This document shows, piece by piece, positions 18,337 through 27,544 of a DNA stretch of 64,000 nt. Within the stretch, counting starts at the first letter, position 1. Every line of letters begins with the position of its first letter. This stretch comes from Candidatus Avelusimicrobium gallicola (GTDB taxonomy: Bacteria; Elusimicrobiota; Elusimicrobia; Elusimicrobiales; UBA9959). Under the pieces are notes generated by a model, which did no database searches, was not told the DNA's origin, and saw only the letters and a list, made by a program, of their open reading frames with translations. A program made the translations under genes and the position numbers. The DNA lies in the NCBI GenBank assembly GCA_020722185.1, contig DYLH01000005.1:269-64268 (forward strand), read 5' to 3'.

Positions 18337-19965
18337 ATGAAATTTGAATATGAAAAAATTTTTCAGCTTTCCAAAGATAAGACAGAGTATAGATTGATAA
18401 GCAAGGATGGAATAAAGGTTATAAAGGGTCCAGACGGGAAAAAATTTCTTTTAGTCTCTCCAAAAGCTTTAACTCTGTTGGCAAAAGAGGCATTTAGAGA
18501 TATTTCTTTTTTGCTGAGAAAAAAACATCAAAAACAGGTAGCTTCTATACTTGATGATAAAGAAGCTTCTGAAAATGATCGTTTTATGGCATATTGCCTG
18601 CTTGAGAATTCCATAATATCCTCTAATTTTTCCCTCCCTTTCTGCCAAGACACTGGCACGGCCATAGTGTTGGGGAAGAAAGGGCAATATGTAATAACTG
18701 ATTGCAATGATGAAGAATTTATATCTAAGGGAATTTTTGAGACCTACACAAAAGAAAATCTCAGATATTCTCAAGTAATTCCAATATCAATGTATCAAGA
18801 AAAAAACTCTGGCAATAACTTGCCAGCGCAAATAGAAATTTATGCCACTCAGGGGATGGAATATGAGTTTCTATTCATAGCTAAAGGCGGAGGTTCTGCA
18901 AATAAAACTTTTCTATATCAGGAAACAAAGGCTCTGCTAAATCCAGATTCGCTTAAAAAATTTATAATTGAGAAAATAAGCACACTTGGCACATCAGCCT
19001 GTCCCCCATATCATATAGCTGTGGTTGTCGGAGGCACTTCAGCTGAATTTTGCCTTAAAACTGTGAAATTAGCGTCAACTGGCTATCTTGATGGCTTGCC
19101 AATAAAAGGGAAAAATGGCAGAGCATTCAGGGATAAAGAATTGGAGGCGTGGTTATTGAAAGAAACAGAAAAATTGGGCTTTGGCGCACAATTTGGCGGA
19201 AAAAGCTTCGCCCATGACATAAAGGTTATAAGGCTGTCTCGTCATGCGGCAAGCTGTCCTGTGGGACTTGGAGTTTCCTGCTCTGCAGATAGGCAGGCAA
19301 AAGCTAAGATAAATTCCTCCGGGATATGGCTTGAAAAACTTGAAAGAAATCCTGAGAAATTATTGTCTAAAAAGATAAGAGCCAAATATTCATCATGTAA
19401 CAATTGTGTCTCAATAGACTTAAACAGGCCTATGAAAGAGATTTTGCATGATCTTTCATATCTGAAGATTGGCAACAGAATTTACTTGAATGGAAAAATC
19501 ATAGTTGCCAGAGATGCCGCGCATGCAAAATTCAAAAGCATAATAGATTCAGGCGGGAAATTGCCGGAATATCTTTTGGCTCACCCAATTTATTATGCCG
19601 GCCCAGCCAAAACGCCAAAGGGTATGCCAAGTGGATCCTTTGGACCTACTACTGCTGGTAGAATGGACGCATATGTAAATGAGCTGCAAGAAAGAGGCGC
19701 TTCGATGGTGATGATAGCCAAGGGAAATAGAAGCTCAATTGTGGCGAAATCCTGCAAAAAGCATGGTGGATTTTATCTCGGTTCTCCAGGAGGCCCAGCG
19801 GCTTTTTTAGCCAAGTACAATATAAAAAGCGCAAAGGCCATAGACTACCCAGAACTTGGGATGGAAGCTGTGTGGGAAATAGAAGTTGAAAATTTTCCTG
19901 TATTCTTGCTAATAAACGACAAAGGCGAAGACTTTTTTGAAAATATTAAAAAAAAGACACAATAA
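18337..19965 (+). CDS. fumA: Class I (Fe-S) fumarate hydratase, fused alpha/beta type
   Basis: [17 protein letters not shown] motif. 542 aa. C-terminal beta-domain ([16 protein letters not shown]). RBS AGGGGGA. Confidence 0.85.
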   Translation: MKFEYEKIFQLSKDKTEYRLISKDGIKVIKGPDGKKFLLVSPKALTLLAKEAFRDISFLLRKKHQKQVASILDDKEASENDRFMAYCLLENSIISSNFSLPFCQDTGTAIVLGKKGQYVITDCNDEEFISKGIFETYTKENLRYSQVIPISMYQEKNSGNNLPAQIEIYATQGMEYEFLFIAKGGGSANKTFLYQETKALLNPDSLKKFIIEKISTLGTSACPPYHIAVVVGGTSAEFCLKTVKLASTGYLDGLPIKGKNGRAFRDKELEAWLLKETEKLGFGAQFGGKSFAHDIKVIRLSRHAASCPVGLGVSCSADRQAKAKINSSGIWLEKLERNPEKLLSKKIRAKYSSCNNCVSIDLNRPMKEILHDLSYLKIGNRIYLNGKIIVARDAAHAKFKSIIDSGGKLPEYLLAHPIYYAGPAKTPKGMPSGSFGPTTAGRMDAYVNELQERGASMVMIAKGNRSSIVAKSCKKHGGFYLGSPGGPAAFLAKYNIKSAKAIDYPELGMEAVWEIEVENFPVFLLINDKGEDFFENIKKKTQ

Positions 19966-20013
19966 TTTTTACAGATAAAATTTGCTATTATGTTCTTGTA
20001 CCATGGAGGGATT

Positions 20014-21399
20014 ATGAAAATGTTCATCTCTTTTATTCTTATCTCAACTTCTCTGTTTGCTCTTGATAGAAAGGAAGTATCCTTAACAGTTTATAATCAA
20101 AATTTTGCGGTAATTAAAGATGTTAGAACAGCTGATATTAAAAAAGGGTTAAACAAAATAGATTTTGATGAAACCCCTACTTCAATTATAAGTGAAAGCG
20201 TAAGGGTGAAATTTCCAAAGGCGGATGTAAACATTCTTGAACAAAACTTCGAATATGACCTGATAAATTCCGATAAAATGCTTTCAAAGTTTATTGACAA
20301 TCAGATAAAGGTTATAACAAAAGACAACAATATGTATTCCGGTTCCTTATTGAGCTTTGATGCCTCATACATACTAATAAAAGCTGATGATGGCAAAGTC
20401 AATATGCTCTCAAGGGAAAACATAAAAACACTCGAATTTGTCAAAATGCCATCAGATTTCAAGACAAAGCCAACTTTGGTGTGGCTTTTAAATTCAGCTA
20501 AAAGTTCAAAAGAGGATATTGAAGTAAGCTATATGGCCAACAATTTTTCATGGCAGGCAGATTATGTTGTAACACTAGATTCTAAAGACAAAAATCTCGA
20601 TATAAACGCTTGGGTAAGCATAACAAATAATAGCGGAGCATCTTATGAAAACGCAAAGCTTAAGCTTATGGCTGGGGATGTAAATATCGTCTCCGCGCCG
20701 CCTATGTATGCCAGCTTAGCTGGCAGAGCAAATAAATCCTTGCTTATGGAAGACTCAGCTGCGCAATTTGAAGAAAAAAACTTCTTTGAATACCACATTT
20801 ATAACCTTTCCAGAAAAGCGGATCTCAAAAACAATCAAACGAAACAGATCTCGCTATTTAATGCTTCTTCAATAAAAGCGGAAAAAGTTTACTCCTATGA
20901 CGGAGCGCTATACAAATGGTATTTCTACGACAATTGGAGAAATCAGGGCAGCAACAAAAAAGTGGATGTTTCAATTAAATTCAAAAATTCAAAAGACAAT
21001 AATCTCGGAATGCCTTTTCCAAAGGGCAAAATAAGAATTTATAAAAAGGATGAAAATAGTGTTGAATTTGTGGGCGAAGATGAGATAGATCACACCCCGA
21101 AAGATGAATATATTGAATTAACTGTGGGGCAAGCTTTTGACATAAGCGCCAGCAGAAAAATAATGAATCATCAAGTTGTAGCGACAAATATTTACAGAGA
21201 CTCATATGAAATAAAAATCAAAAATCACAAAGATGAGCCAGTGAAAGTCATAATAAAAGAAAGGCAATGGGGCGACTGGAAAATAATTGAAACCACACAT
21301 GAATATGTAAAGAAAGATAAAAACACACTGGAATTTGTGATAAATGTGGAAAAAAACTCATCAGCTACGCTTAAATACAGCGCTGAATATAAATTCTAA
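20014..21399 (+). CDS. DUF4139-family secreted protein
   Basis: Signal peptide MKMFISFILISTSLFA. N-terminal VSLTVYNQNFAVIKDVR and the beta-rich layout are typical of the DUF4139/TIGR02231 family. Start moved to ATG 20014 (GGAGGG 4 nt upstream). Confidence 0.55.
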   Translation: MKMFISFILISTSLFALDRKEVSLTVYNQNFAVIKDVRTADIKKGLNKIDFDETPTSIISESVRVKFPKADVNILEQNFEYDLINSDKMLSKFIDNQIKVITKDNNMYSGSLLSFDASYILIKADDGKVNMLSRENIKTLEFVKMPSDFKTKPTLVWLLNSAKSSKEDIEVSYMANNFSWQADYVVTLDSKDKNLDINAWVSITNNSGASYENAKLKLMAGDVNIVSAPPMYASLAGRANKSLLMEDSAAQFEEKNFFEYHIYNLSRKADLKNNQTKQISLFNASSIKAEKVYSYDGALYKWYFYDNWRNQGSNKKVDVSIKFKNSKDNNLGMPFPKGKIRIYKKDENSVEFVGEDEIDHTPKDEYIELTVGQAFDISASRKIMNHQVVATNIYRDSYEIKIKNHKDEPVKVIIKERQWGDWKIIETTHEYVKKDKNTLEFVINVEKNSSATLKYSAEYKF

Positions 21400-21401
21400 A
21401 A

Positions 21402-21827
21402 ATGAAAAAAGGGTTTACGCTTATAGAGTTAATGATAGTTGTGACTGTAATCGGCATACTTGCAACTGTCAGTGCAGTCAGGGTTTCAAATCTACTTGCC
21501 AAATCAAGAGAAGCCTCATTAAAGGGGCATCTTGGCACACTTCGTTCTGCATTGAACATATACTACTCAGACAATATCGGGAGCTATCCTCAAGACAATC
21601 TCTCATCTCTTACACCAAAGTATATATCTAAAATAGAATCTCTCGATTTTCCTGGAAATATTCATCCCAATACAAATGCAGTAAACACCGGAGCAGACCT
21701 ATCTTCCGCTGTAAATGATACCGGCGGATGGGCTTATGTGAACATGTCCAGCTCTTCTCAATGGGGGAATCTGGCTATTAACTGCTCTCATTCTGATATG
21801 AATGGTCATATCTGGAGTTCATACTAA
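21402..21827 (+). CDS. Prepilin-type N-terminal cleavage/methylation domain protein (pilin/pseudopilin-like)
   Basis: MKKGFTLIELMIVVTVIGILA is the class III signal peptide. 141 aa. Starts 2 nt after the DUF4139 gene. Confidence 0.8.
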   Translation: MKKGFTLIELMIVVTVIGILATVSAVRVSNLLAKSREASLKGHLGTLRSALNIYYSDNIGSYPQDNLSSLTPKYISKIESLDFPGNIHPNTNAVNTGADLSSAVNDTGGWAYVNMSSSSQWGNLAINCSHSDMNGHIWSSY

Positions 21828-21855
21828 AGAGATAATAGAAAATAGATGTTAAAAA

Positions 21856-22042
21856 ATTAAGTTTGAGAATTGAAATTTTAAAACTTACTAACTTTCGAAC
21901 TGATTTAGCGCGAAAGCAAAAGCTTAAAAAGGCAAAACTACAAAAGAACTTGCACAATTAAGAACCGTCGCGCTTTACTAACTTTTCGAATTTCTAATTT
22001 TAGAATTTACACACCTACTAGCTAATTTAGTTTTTGTGTAAA
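21856..22042. repeat. Composite repeat-rich spacer between convergent genes
   Basis: ATTAAGTTTGAGA (21856-21868) matches positions 26-38 of the upstream element. Direct repeats ACTAACTTTCGAA (21887-21899) and ACTAACTTTTCGAA (21978-21991). Inverted AGCGCG/CGCGCT pair. 8-bp stem TTTACACA (22006-22013) with TGTGTAAA (22035-22042) immediately 3' of the amidase stop. Confidence 0.5.
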
Positions 22043-22048
22043 GCATTT

Positions 22049-22723
22049 TTATTCATTTGTAAATGAGTCTGGAATAGGGATATCATTTGGCGCAGATATG
22101 CCAATTGATTTAAAACTGCTTATTTCACTCAAATCTTTCTTTTTAACAAAGCTTATGTATGAGTGAGATGGAGATGGTGAATTGGCAACAGTGTTATAGA
22201 ACTGCTCGCTTGGAGTAAGAGGCCAGCCCATGCCTTTTTCTTGATCGTCTGGAGTTGGATTTAACCCAACTTTCTCATATACATATTCCACAAAACCAAC
22301 ACAATCAAATTCCTTGGGGCCTTTCTGAGAATCATGCATAAGATTATAGGCTTTTGGTTTCAACATTTTTGAGGCAATCTTTACTACATAATTTCTCTGT
22401 TCAGTTGAAGGTTTTTTACGCGTTGTTCTATTCCCATAATAAGGATATCTGAGATTATGAGTAAAGTTTTTCCATGAAACTTTTCTTATGCCTCCTGGTC
22501 TAAAATAATCTGGCACACAATCTATAATGACAGCCTTTATTTTGCCATTCTTTTTTTCAGTGCCAGCAAATATTCCCACATGTCCAAGCGGTAGCTCCCC
22601 AATCAAGTCATAAGGAATGCCAAAAACTCCACCTGTGTATATAATATCAGCTTTTTCAAGAGAAAATGCCTGAACTGAACACATTAGAATCAATGAAAGG
22701 ACAATATTCTTTATATCTTTCAT
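22049..22723 (-). CDS. Secreted permuted papain-like (NlpC/P60 superfamily, YiiX/C92-like) amidase
   Basis: Signal peptide present. His precedes Cys (LPLGHVGIF ... FDCVGFVEYVYEKVGL), as in circularly permuted NlpC/P60 enzymes. TAATG overlap with the upstream HEAT gene. Confidence 0.45.
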   Translation of the reverse strand: MKDIKNIVLSLILMCSVQAFSLEKADIIYTGGVFGIPYDLIGELPLGHVGIFAGTEKKNGKIKAVIIDCVPDYFRPGGIRKVSWKNFTHNLRYPYYGNRTTRKKPSTEQRNYVVKIASKMLKPKAYNLMHDSQKGPKEFDCVGFVEYVYEKVGLNPTPDDQEKGMGWPLTPSEQFYNTVANSPSPSHSYISFVKKKDLSEISSFKSIGISAPNDIPIPDSFTNE

Positions 22724-23391
22724 TATTTCCCCTCCAATTCATCTATCATTTCATAAGCCGCAGATCTCACCGCCTCGTTTTCAAGCTCATTTGAAGCTAT
22801 TTTATTAAGATACGGCAAGACTTTATCACTCTTTATCTTGTACATAGAAAATATTATGTTTATTCTTATAATTTCATCAGAAGCATTGTAATATTTTTCA
22901 AGAAGTTTCATAGTGGAAGCAGAACCTATTTCTCCCAATGCCCAGATTGAATCTATAGCAGCTATCTTCTTTTTTATATCTCTTTCACCTGATCTATCCG
23001 GATTAAAAAGAAAATCTTCCACAATTGAAGCCAAAGCATCCTGAGCATAAGTATTCTTAGACTCGCCTGACGCTCTTGTAAGGCACGACTTAATATCGCT
23101 GCCAGATTCTAAAATCATCTTAGCCATCTCTTTCTGAGCTTTTTCAAGACCACTAATAGAAATAGCTGCTGATAAAGAACAGATATATGAAGGGTCACTG
23201 CTATTATGAAGATCTTTTAATGCTATCTCAATCATTGAAGGATTTTTTTTGATAATTTCTGCTATTTGTTGTTTTAAAACATCATTTGAAGGATTAATTT
23301 TTAAAGCAGAAAGTTTTTCTTCTATTTCGACCGCAAAAAGGCTGGCGCTAAAAACAAATACTGCTGTTAGGAAAATACTTATTTTTCTCAT
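22723..23391 (-). CDS. Secreted HEAT/armadillo-like repeat protein
   Basis: Signal peptide MRKISIFLTAVFVFSASLFA. Helical repeats ending in a PBS-lyase-HEAT-like unit (LPYLNKIASNELENEAVRSAAYEMI). RBS AAGGAGGAG. Confidence 0.4.
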   Translation of the reverse strand: MRKISIFLTAVFVFSASLFAVEIEEKLSALKINPSNDVLKQQIAEIIKKNPSMIEIALKDLHNSSDPSYICSLSAAISISGLEKAQKEMAKMILESGSDIKSCLTRASGESKNTYAQDALASIVEDFLFNPDRSGERDIKKKIAAIDSIWALGEIGSASTMKLLEKYYNASDEIIRINIIFSMYKIKSDKVLPYLNKIASNELENEAVRSAAYEMIDELEGK

Positions 23392-23539
23392 TAACTCCTC
23401 CTTTATTAAATTTTAATATCTTGAATACAAAAAAGTAAGGGCAATACGGGAAGGATTAAAAAAAATTTATTCCCAATACATAATAGGACCTAAGGGAAAT
23501 GAGGTCAGTTAAATTCTATGATAAGAACTTCTGCTTGAG

Positions 23540-23568
23540 CCAAAAGACGCATGGGATGCCCCCATGCG
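23540..23568 (-). terminator. Candidate intrinsic terminator ending the long polysaccharide operon
   Basis: 8-bp GC-rich stem CGCATGGG (23548-23555) / CCCATGCG (23561-23568) with a 5-nt loop. On the minus strand it is followed by GTCTTTTGG. Lies ~90 nt after the wbqC-like stop. Confidence 0.4.
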
Positions 23569-23658
23569 CCAGATCCAGAAGAAAAATAAAGGGAAGAAGA
23601 ATTTTTACTATAGAGACCATAGAAATGATAATAAAAATAGAAAACTCATAAGCACTTT

Positions 23659-24333
23659 TTACAGATAATCCACCGCCTTTTTACCACAATTCATAATTAA
23701 ATCCAGTATCGATAAATCGGGCAAAAAATCGCCATAAAGTTGGGGATAAGGTTTTATCTTAAAGTCCTGCCACATAACCTTTATACCTCTTTCTTCAAAG
23801 GGATTCATTTCAAGATAATTTTTTCCCCCAATTCCTGAAAGATATCTATCTGCGCCAACCTTAATGCACAATTCAGCAAGCCTGAGACTTGAATAGCTAG
23901 AAAGATTAAATTCACTTGAAAATCGATATAGAGAATTTATACCAAGCTGTTTTCTAAATAAGTTTATAAAAGACATAGACAATTCAGACAATTTTTTGTG
24001 ATCTTCAAAATAAATTTTTTCTATCTCTGGAAATAATACGTTAAAGTATGGGGCGCGAGAATAGTTAAATCTTATTTTTTTTAAGTGTTCCAATGCCATT
24101 TGTTTATATTGCGAAATTTCAACTTCTAAAATTTTTTGATTAAATTTACTTTTGGTGATGACGGGAACTGTTATGTATTGGGGTCCATCCGATGTCTTTA
24201 TTTTATTTCTATTTTGAAATTCTCTTTTTTCATACTGAACATCATCAAGATAAATGAATATATCAGATGATTTCATCTTTGAAAAAAATCTAAGTCCCGG
24301 CATGAACTGTATCTGATGTATAGCGCAAATCAA
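23659..24333 (-). CDS. WbqC-like protein (polysaccharide biosynthesis accessory)
   Basis: N-terminus MICAIHQIQFMPGLRFFSKM...IYLDDVQYEKREFQNRNKI is typical of the WbqC family. TTG start with GAGGTG 5 nt upstream. Confidence 0.7.
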   Translation of the reverse strand: MICAIHQIQFMPGLRFFSKMKSSDIFIYLDDVQYEKREFQNRNKIKTSDGPQYITVPVITKSKFNQKILEVEISQYKQMALEHLKKIRFNYSRAPYFNVLFPEIEKIYFEDHKKLSELSMSFINLFRKQLGINSLYRFSSEFNLSSYSSLRLAELCIKVGADRYLSGIGGKNYLEMNPFEERGIKVMWQDFKIKPYPQLYGDFLPDLSILDLIMNCGKKAVDYL

Positions 24334-24371
24334 TTTAACACCTCAAAAATTTAAGATATAAGTAAGAGAAT

Positions 24372-24420
24372 AGAGATTAAGGTTCAAAAAATATAATTTT
24401 AAAGCTCTTAAACTTAATAT
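24372..24420 (-). promoter_or_regulatory. Conserved ~50-nt upstream element, copy 2 (ends 39 nt before the wbqC-like start)
   Basis: The reverse complement ATATTAAGTTTAAGAGCTTTAAAATTATATTTTTTGAACCTTAATCTCT matches 24-73. Confidence 0.35.
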
Positions 24421-24425
24421 TTTAA

Positions 24426-24481
24426 TCTCTATTTTATGTTCTCTATTTTTTAATATCTATTGTCTATTCTCTATTTTCTAA
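24426..24481. repeat. Four tandem 14-nt units (core TCTCTATTTT)
   Basis: Units are TCTCTATTTTATGT, TCTCTATTTTTTAA, TATCTATTGTCTAT and TCTCTATTTTCTAA. Perfect 10-mers at 24426, 24440 and 24468; an 8/10 match at 24454. Confidence 0.7.
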
Positions 24482-24484
24482 TTC

Positions 24485-24550
24485 AGCGCTTAAGCGCTAA
24501 AAACAAACCACTAAAAAATCTTAGAACTTACGAACTAATATAGTTTTTCA
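24485..24550 (+). repeat. Perfect 14-nt palindrome AGCGCTTAAGCGCT followed by intergenic repeat copy C
   Basis: Palindrome at 24485-24498. TTAGAACTTACGAACTAATATAGTTTTTCA at 24521-24550. Related AGCGCTTAA word at 52849-52857. Confidence 0.6.
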
Positions 24551-24594
24551 TGCGGCCATAAATAGACATTCTAGCAAAAGTAAAAGAATATATA

Positions 24595-25758
24595 TCAAAC
24601 AATATTTTCAGTTATTATGTTTTTAGTTTTTAAAGCGTAAGAGTCAAAAGAATAATTTTTTTGGGCACATTCTCTTGCCCGCGCTGAGAGAGACGCTATA
24701 TCCCCTCTTAGTATAAATTTTTCTATCCCATCAGCTATATCCTGTGGATTTACTCCTTTAAAAATAAGAGATTTATCCAATACCCCCACCACACTTTCAT
24801 TAGCTCCGATGGGAGTGGCCAGTACTGGCAAGCCACAAGACATAGCTTCGGCGCTTACAAGCCCAAAGCCTTCAAGTTTATAAGTGGGCAGGATAAAAGC
24901 ATCGCAAGATGCATAAAATGAAGGTAAATTCTCCTCCTTTATTCGACCCTCCAACCGACAAACATTCATTAAATCCAGCGAATAAATAAGTCTTTCCAGT
25001 TCTTCTTTCATATAGCCTTCTCCGCCTATGACAAAAAAACATTTATCCAGAATTTTTTTATCAAGCATAGAGATAGCTTTAATGAGATTTTCAATACCCA
25101 TTCTTGGCTCAAGATTTCTAAGTGTAAAAAAAACAATTTTTCCAATTGGCAAATTAAATTTTTTTCTAAAAATTTCTTTTTGCTCTATATTTATCGGAAT
25201 AAACTTTTCAGTGTCAACACCCAGAATTAAAATTTTTCCACTAAGTCCATGCACTTGCCCCAGTCTATCATTCATATAAAAGCTTTCAGTTATTATCACG
25301 GAACTTTTTGAAAGCGCAAAAAATTCCATTTTTTTTCTTATAAAGGAGCAAATTTTTATTCTCCAATGACTATATCCTTTTTTCAAAGCTCTTATCTCAT
25401 ATTCTTCACTCCACGGAGAGTGGAAAGTGTAAACACATGGGATTTTGATCTTGAAAATACTCATATAAAGGGCGCAAAAAAAAGAGCCATAAGGATCGTG
25501 AAAATTAATGGCTTTTATCTGTTTTTGAAAAATATTTGAAAGTATTTTAAAAAGTGAAAACACATTGCCATAATACCTGAAGACCTTTACCTCTCCAAGT
25601 TTTTCTGTATGGGCAGAAGTCTTTAATCCCCGCAAAATTAAGTTAACGGAAAAGTTTTTTGATAAATAATCAGACAAGCCACCAGACACTCTAGCTTGAC
25701 CGCCAGGGGACTCATTAAGCAAATAATCTGAAATGATTATAATCTCATTTTTTTTCAT
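24595..25758 (-). CDS. Glycosyltransferase, GT4-type (GT-B fold)
   Basis: C-terminal Glycos_transf_1 signature (EGFGLVSAEAMSCGLPVLATPIG). Start taken at MKKNEIIIISDY (25758; 14-nt overlap with the asnB-like gene). The ORF-track start 25791 is possible. Confidence 0.7.
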   Translation of the reverse strand: MKKNEIIIISDYLLNESPGGQARVSGGLSDYLSKNFSVNLILRGLKTSAHTEKLGEVKVFRYYGNVFSLFKILSNIFQKQIKAINFHDPYGSFFCALYMSIFKIKIPCVYTFHSPWSEEYEIRALKKGYSHWRIKICSFIRKKMEFFALSKSSVIITESFYMNDRLGQVHGLSGKILILGVDTEKFIPINIEQKEIFRKKFNLPIGKIVFFTLRNLEPRMGIENLIKAISMLDKKILDKCFFVIGGEGYMKEELERLIYSLDLMNVCRLEGRIKEENLPSFYASCDAFILPTYKLEGFGLVSAEAMSCGLPVLATPIGANESVVGVLDKSLIFKGVNPQDIADGIEKFILRGDIASLSARARECAQKNYSFDSYALKTKNIITENIV

Positions 25759-27544
25759 TTTTAAGCCAGAGTTCCAGTGCGCATATAGCATAAATTATGT
25801 CTGAATTATCCTGTTTATTTTCTATATGCTCCTTTAAAAGTTTCATTGCATAATCCCTATCGTAGAAAACTCCATCTGAGGATGAAATTAGATCTATCGC
25901 GAAATCTTTGAGCTCTTTTGAAAACCACATAGCAATTGGAAGTTGAAATCCCCTTTTTCCTTTGAAAACCTCATCAGGCAATCTGCCAATCATTATCTTC
26001 TTAAGCAAATATTTAAGCTTGAAAAATCTCATCCTAAGGGGAAGTGGCAGAGAAGCGACTTTTTCAACCAGCCTTATATCCAAGAAAGGCACTCTTACTT
26101 CAAGTGAAGCGGCCATAGAAGATAAATCACTGAGATATAACAAATCTCCTTCCAAATAATTTTCAAACTCAAAACGGGATGGATTGACGCAAAGCTCATC
26201 AAAATTGTCTATTTTACAAGTAGCAGTGTCTATTTTCAAGAACTTATTTCTCTCATAATCTTTTATATAAGATATCCAGTGTTTGTAAGGATTATCTGTC
26301 TCAAAACCGGCAAAAAACCTCTTTATTCTTCCTTTTGTGTTTGATGAATTATATCTCTCACTCATCTTTTGAGATAATAAAAGGCTAATTTTTCCTATAT
26401 AAGAGTGTAATGGTCTATAAAAATTTGAAAGTCTTAAAGCTGTATATCTCGGATATCCAGCAAAAACCTCATCCCCTCCAAGTCCGCTTATAGCTGTCTT
26501 TATATATTTTCTTGCTTCTTTGCTTATGAGATAATTAGGTATTATGGATGAATCAGCAAAAGGCTGATCAAGCAATATGGAAATAATTTTTTCCATTTCA
26601 TCCGCTGATATAGAAATATCAAGTCTGGTATTTCGAGAGTTAAACATAGCTGCAGTTTTTGCGGCTATATCTCCCTCATCATAGCCATTCTCTTTTGAAT
26701 AAGAAACAGTAAAAGTGTCAATAGTTCTGTATCTAGAGGCATAGTAAAGTAAGGAAGAAGAATCCATCCCCCCAGATAAAAATATGCCTAAAGGGACATC
26801 GGAAACAAGTTGTTCCTTTACTGATTCAGAAAGCATATAATCTATTTCTTCTAAGAAATGTTTATCTATTTTTTCTTTAGATAAAGCCGGGAATTTCCAG
26901 TATCTCTCAATTTTTAAACCATTTTTATCCATTACCAAAAAATGAGATGCTGGGAGTTTTTTAGCTTTCTTGTATATTGTTTTATCTTTGCGCCCGTAAA
27001 GAAAAGTAAAATAATCTGCTATATAATTTTCATCAATTTTACTCTCAAAAAAAGGGATTTTTTTGAGAGCCTTCAATTCTGAGGCAAAAAAGAGAAAATT
27101 TTTTTCAGTGAAATAATAAAGTGGTTTTATACCGAAATGGTCCCTTGCCGCAAACAGAATGTCGCTCTTTATGTCATAAACAGCTAAGGCAAACATCCCC
27201 CTCATTTTTATACAAAGGTTCTTTCCATACTCTTCATATAGATGAGGTATCACTTCCCCATCAGATCTCCCCATAAAATTATGACCTTTTTTTTCAAGTT
27301 CAGCTCTAATTTCCTGAAAATTATATATCTCTCCATTAAAAACCACAACTATTGTTCTATCTTCATTAAAATAAGGCTGTGAACCACTTTCTAGATCTAT
27401 TATCGAAAGTCTTCTCATTGCAAGAGAACAGTTATTACTCTGGAAAAAACCTTCTTCATCAGGGCCGCGATGTATTAAAGAGGCATTCATTTTTTTCAAT
27501 GTGCCTTCATCTTTTAATCCATAAAAACCGGTTATCCCGCACAT
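25745..27544 (-). CDS. asnB: Asparagine synthase (glutamine-hydrolysing)-like amidotransferase
   Basis: MCGITGFYG N-terminal nucleophile Cys. FLSGGMDSSS PP-loop. 599 aa. Its polysaccharide-locus context suggests a sugar-amidating paralogue. Confidence 0.8.
   Translation of the reverse strand: MCGITGFYGLKDEGTLKKMNASLIHRGPDEEGFFQSNNCSLAMRRLSIIDLESGSQPYFNEDRTIVVVFNGEIYNFQEIRAELEKKGHNFMGRSDGEVIPHLYEEYGKNLCIKMRGMFALAVYDIKSDILFAARDHFGIKPLYYFTEKNFLFFASELKALKKIPFFESKIDENYIADYFTFLYGRKDKTIYKKAKKLPASHFLVMDKNGLKIERYWKFPALSKEKIDKHFLEEIDYMLSESVKEQLVSDVPLGIFLSGGMDSSSLLYYASRYRTIDTFTVSYSKENGYDEGDIAAKTAAMFNSRNTRLDISISADEMEKIISILLDQPFADSSIIPNYLISKEARKYIKTAISGLGGDEVFAGYPRYTALRLSNFYRPLHSYIGKISLLLSQKMSERYNSSNTKGRIKRFFAGFETDNPYKHWISYIKDYERNKFLKIDTATCKIDNFDELCVNPSRFEFENYLEGDLLYLSDLSSMAASLEVRVPFLDIRLVEKVASLPLPLRMRFFKLKYLLKKIMIGRLPDEVFKGKRGFQLPIAMWFSKELKDFAIDLISSSDGVFYDRDYAMKLLKEHIENKQDNSDIIYAICALELWLKNEKK

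Noticed and set aside
21344-21631. 95-aa plus-strand ORF spanning the DUF4139/pilin junction
   Set aside because: It is in the wrong frame relative to two well-supported genes. The pilin-like ORF at 21402 has the canonical class III signal peptide.
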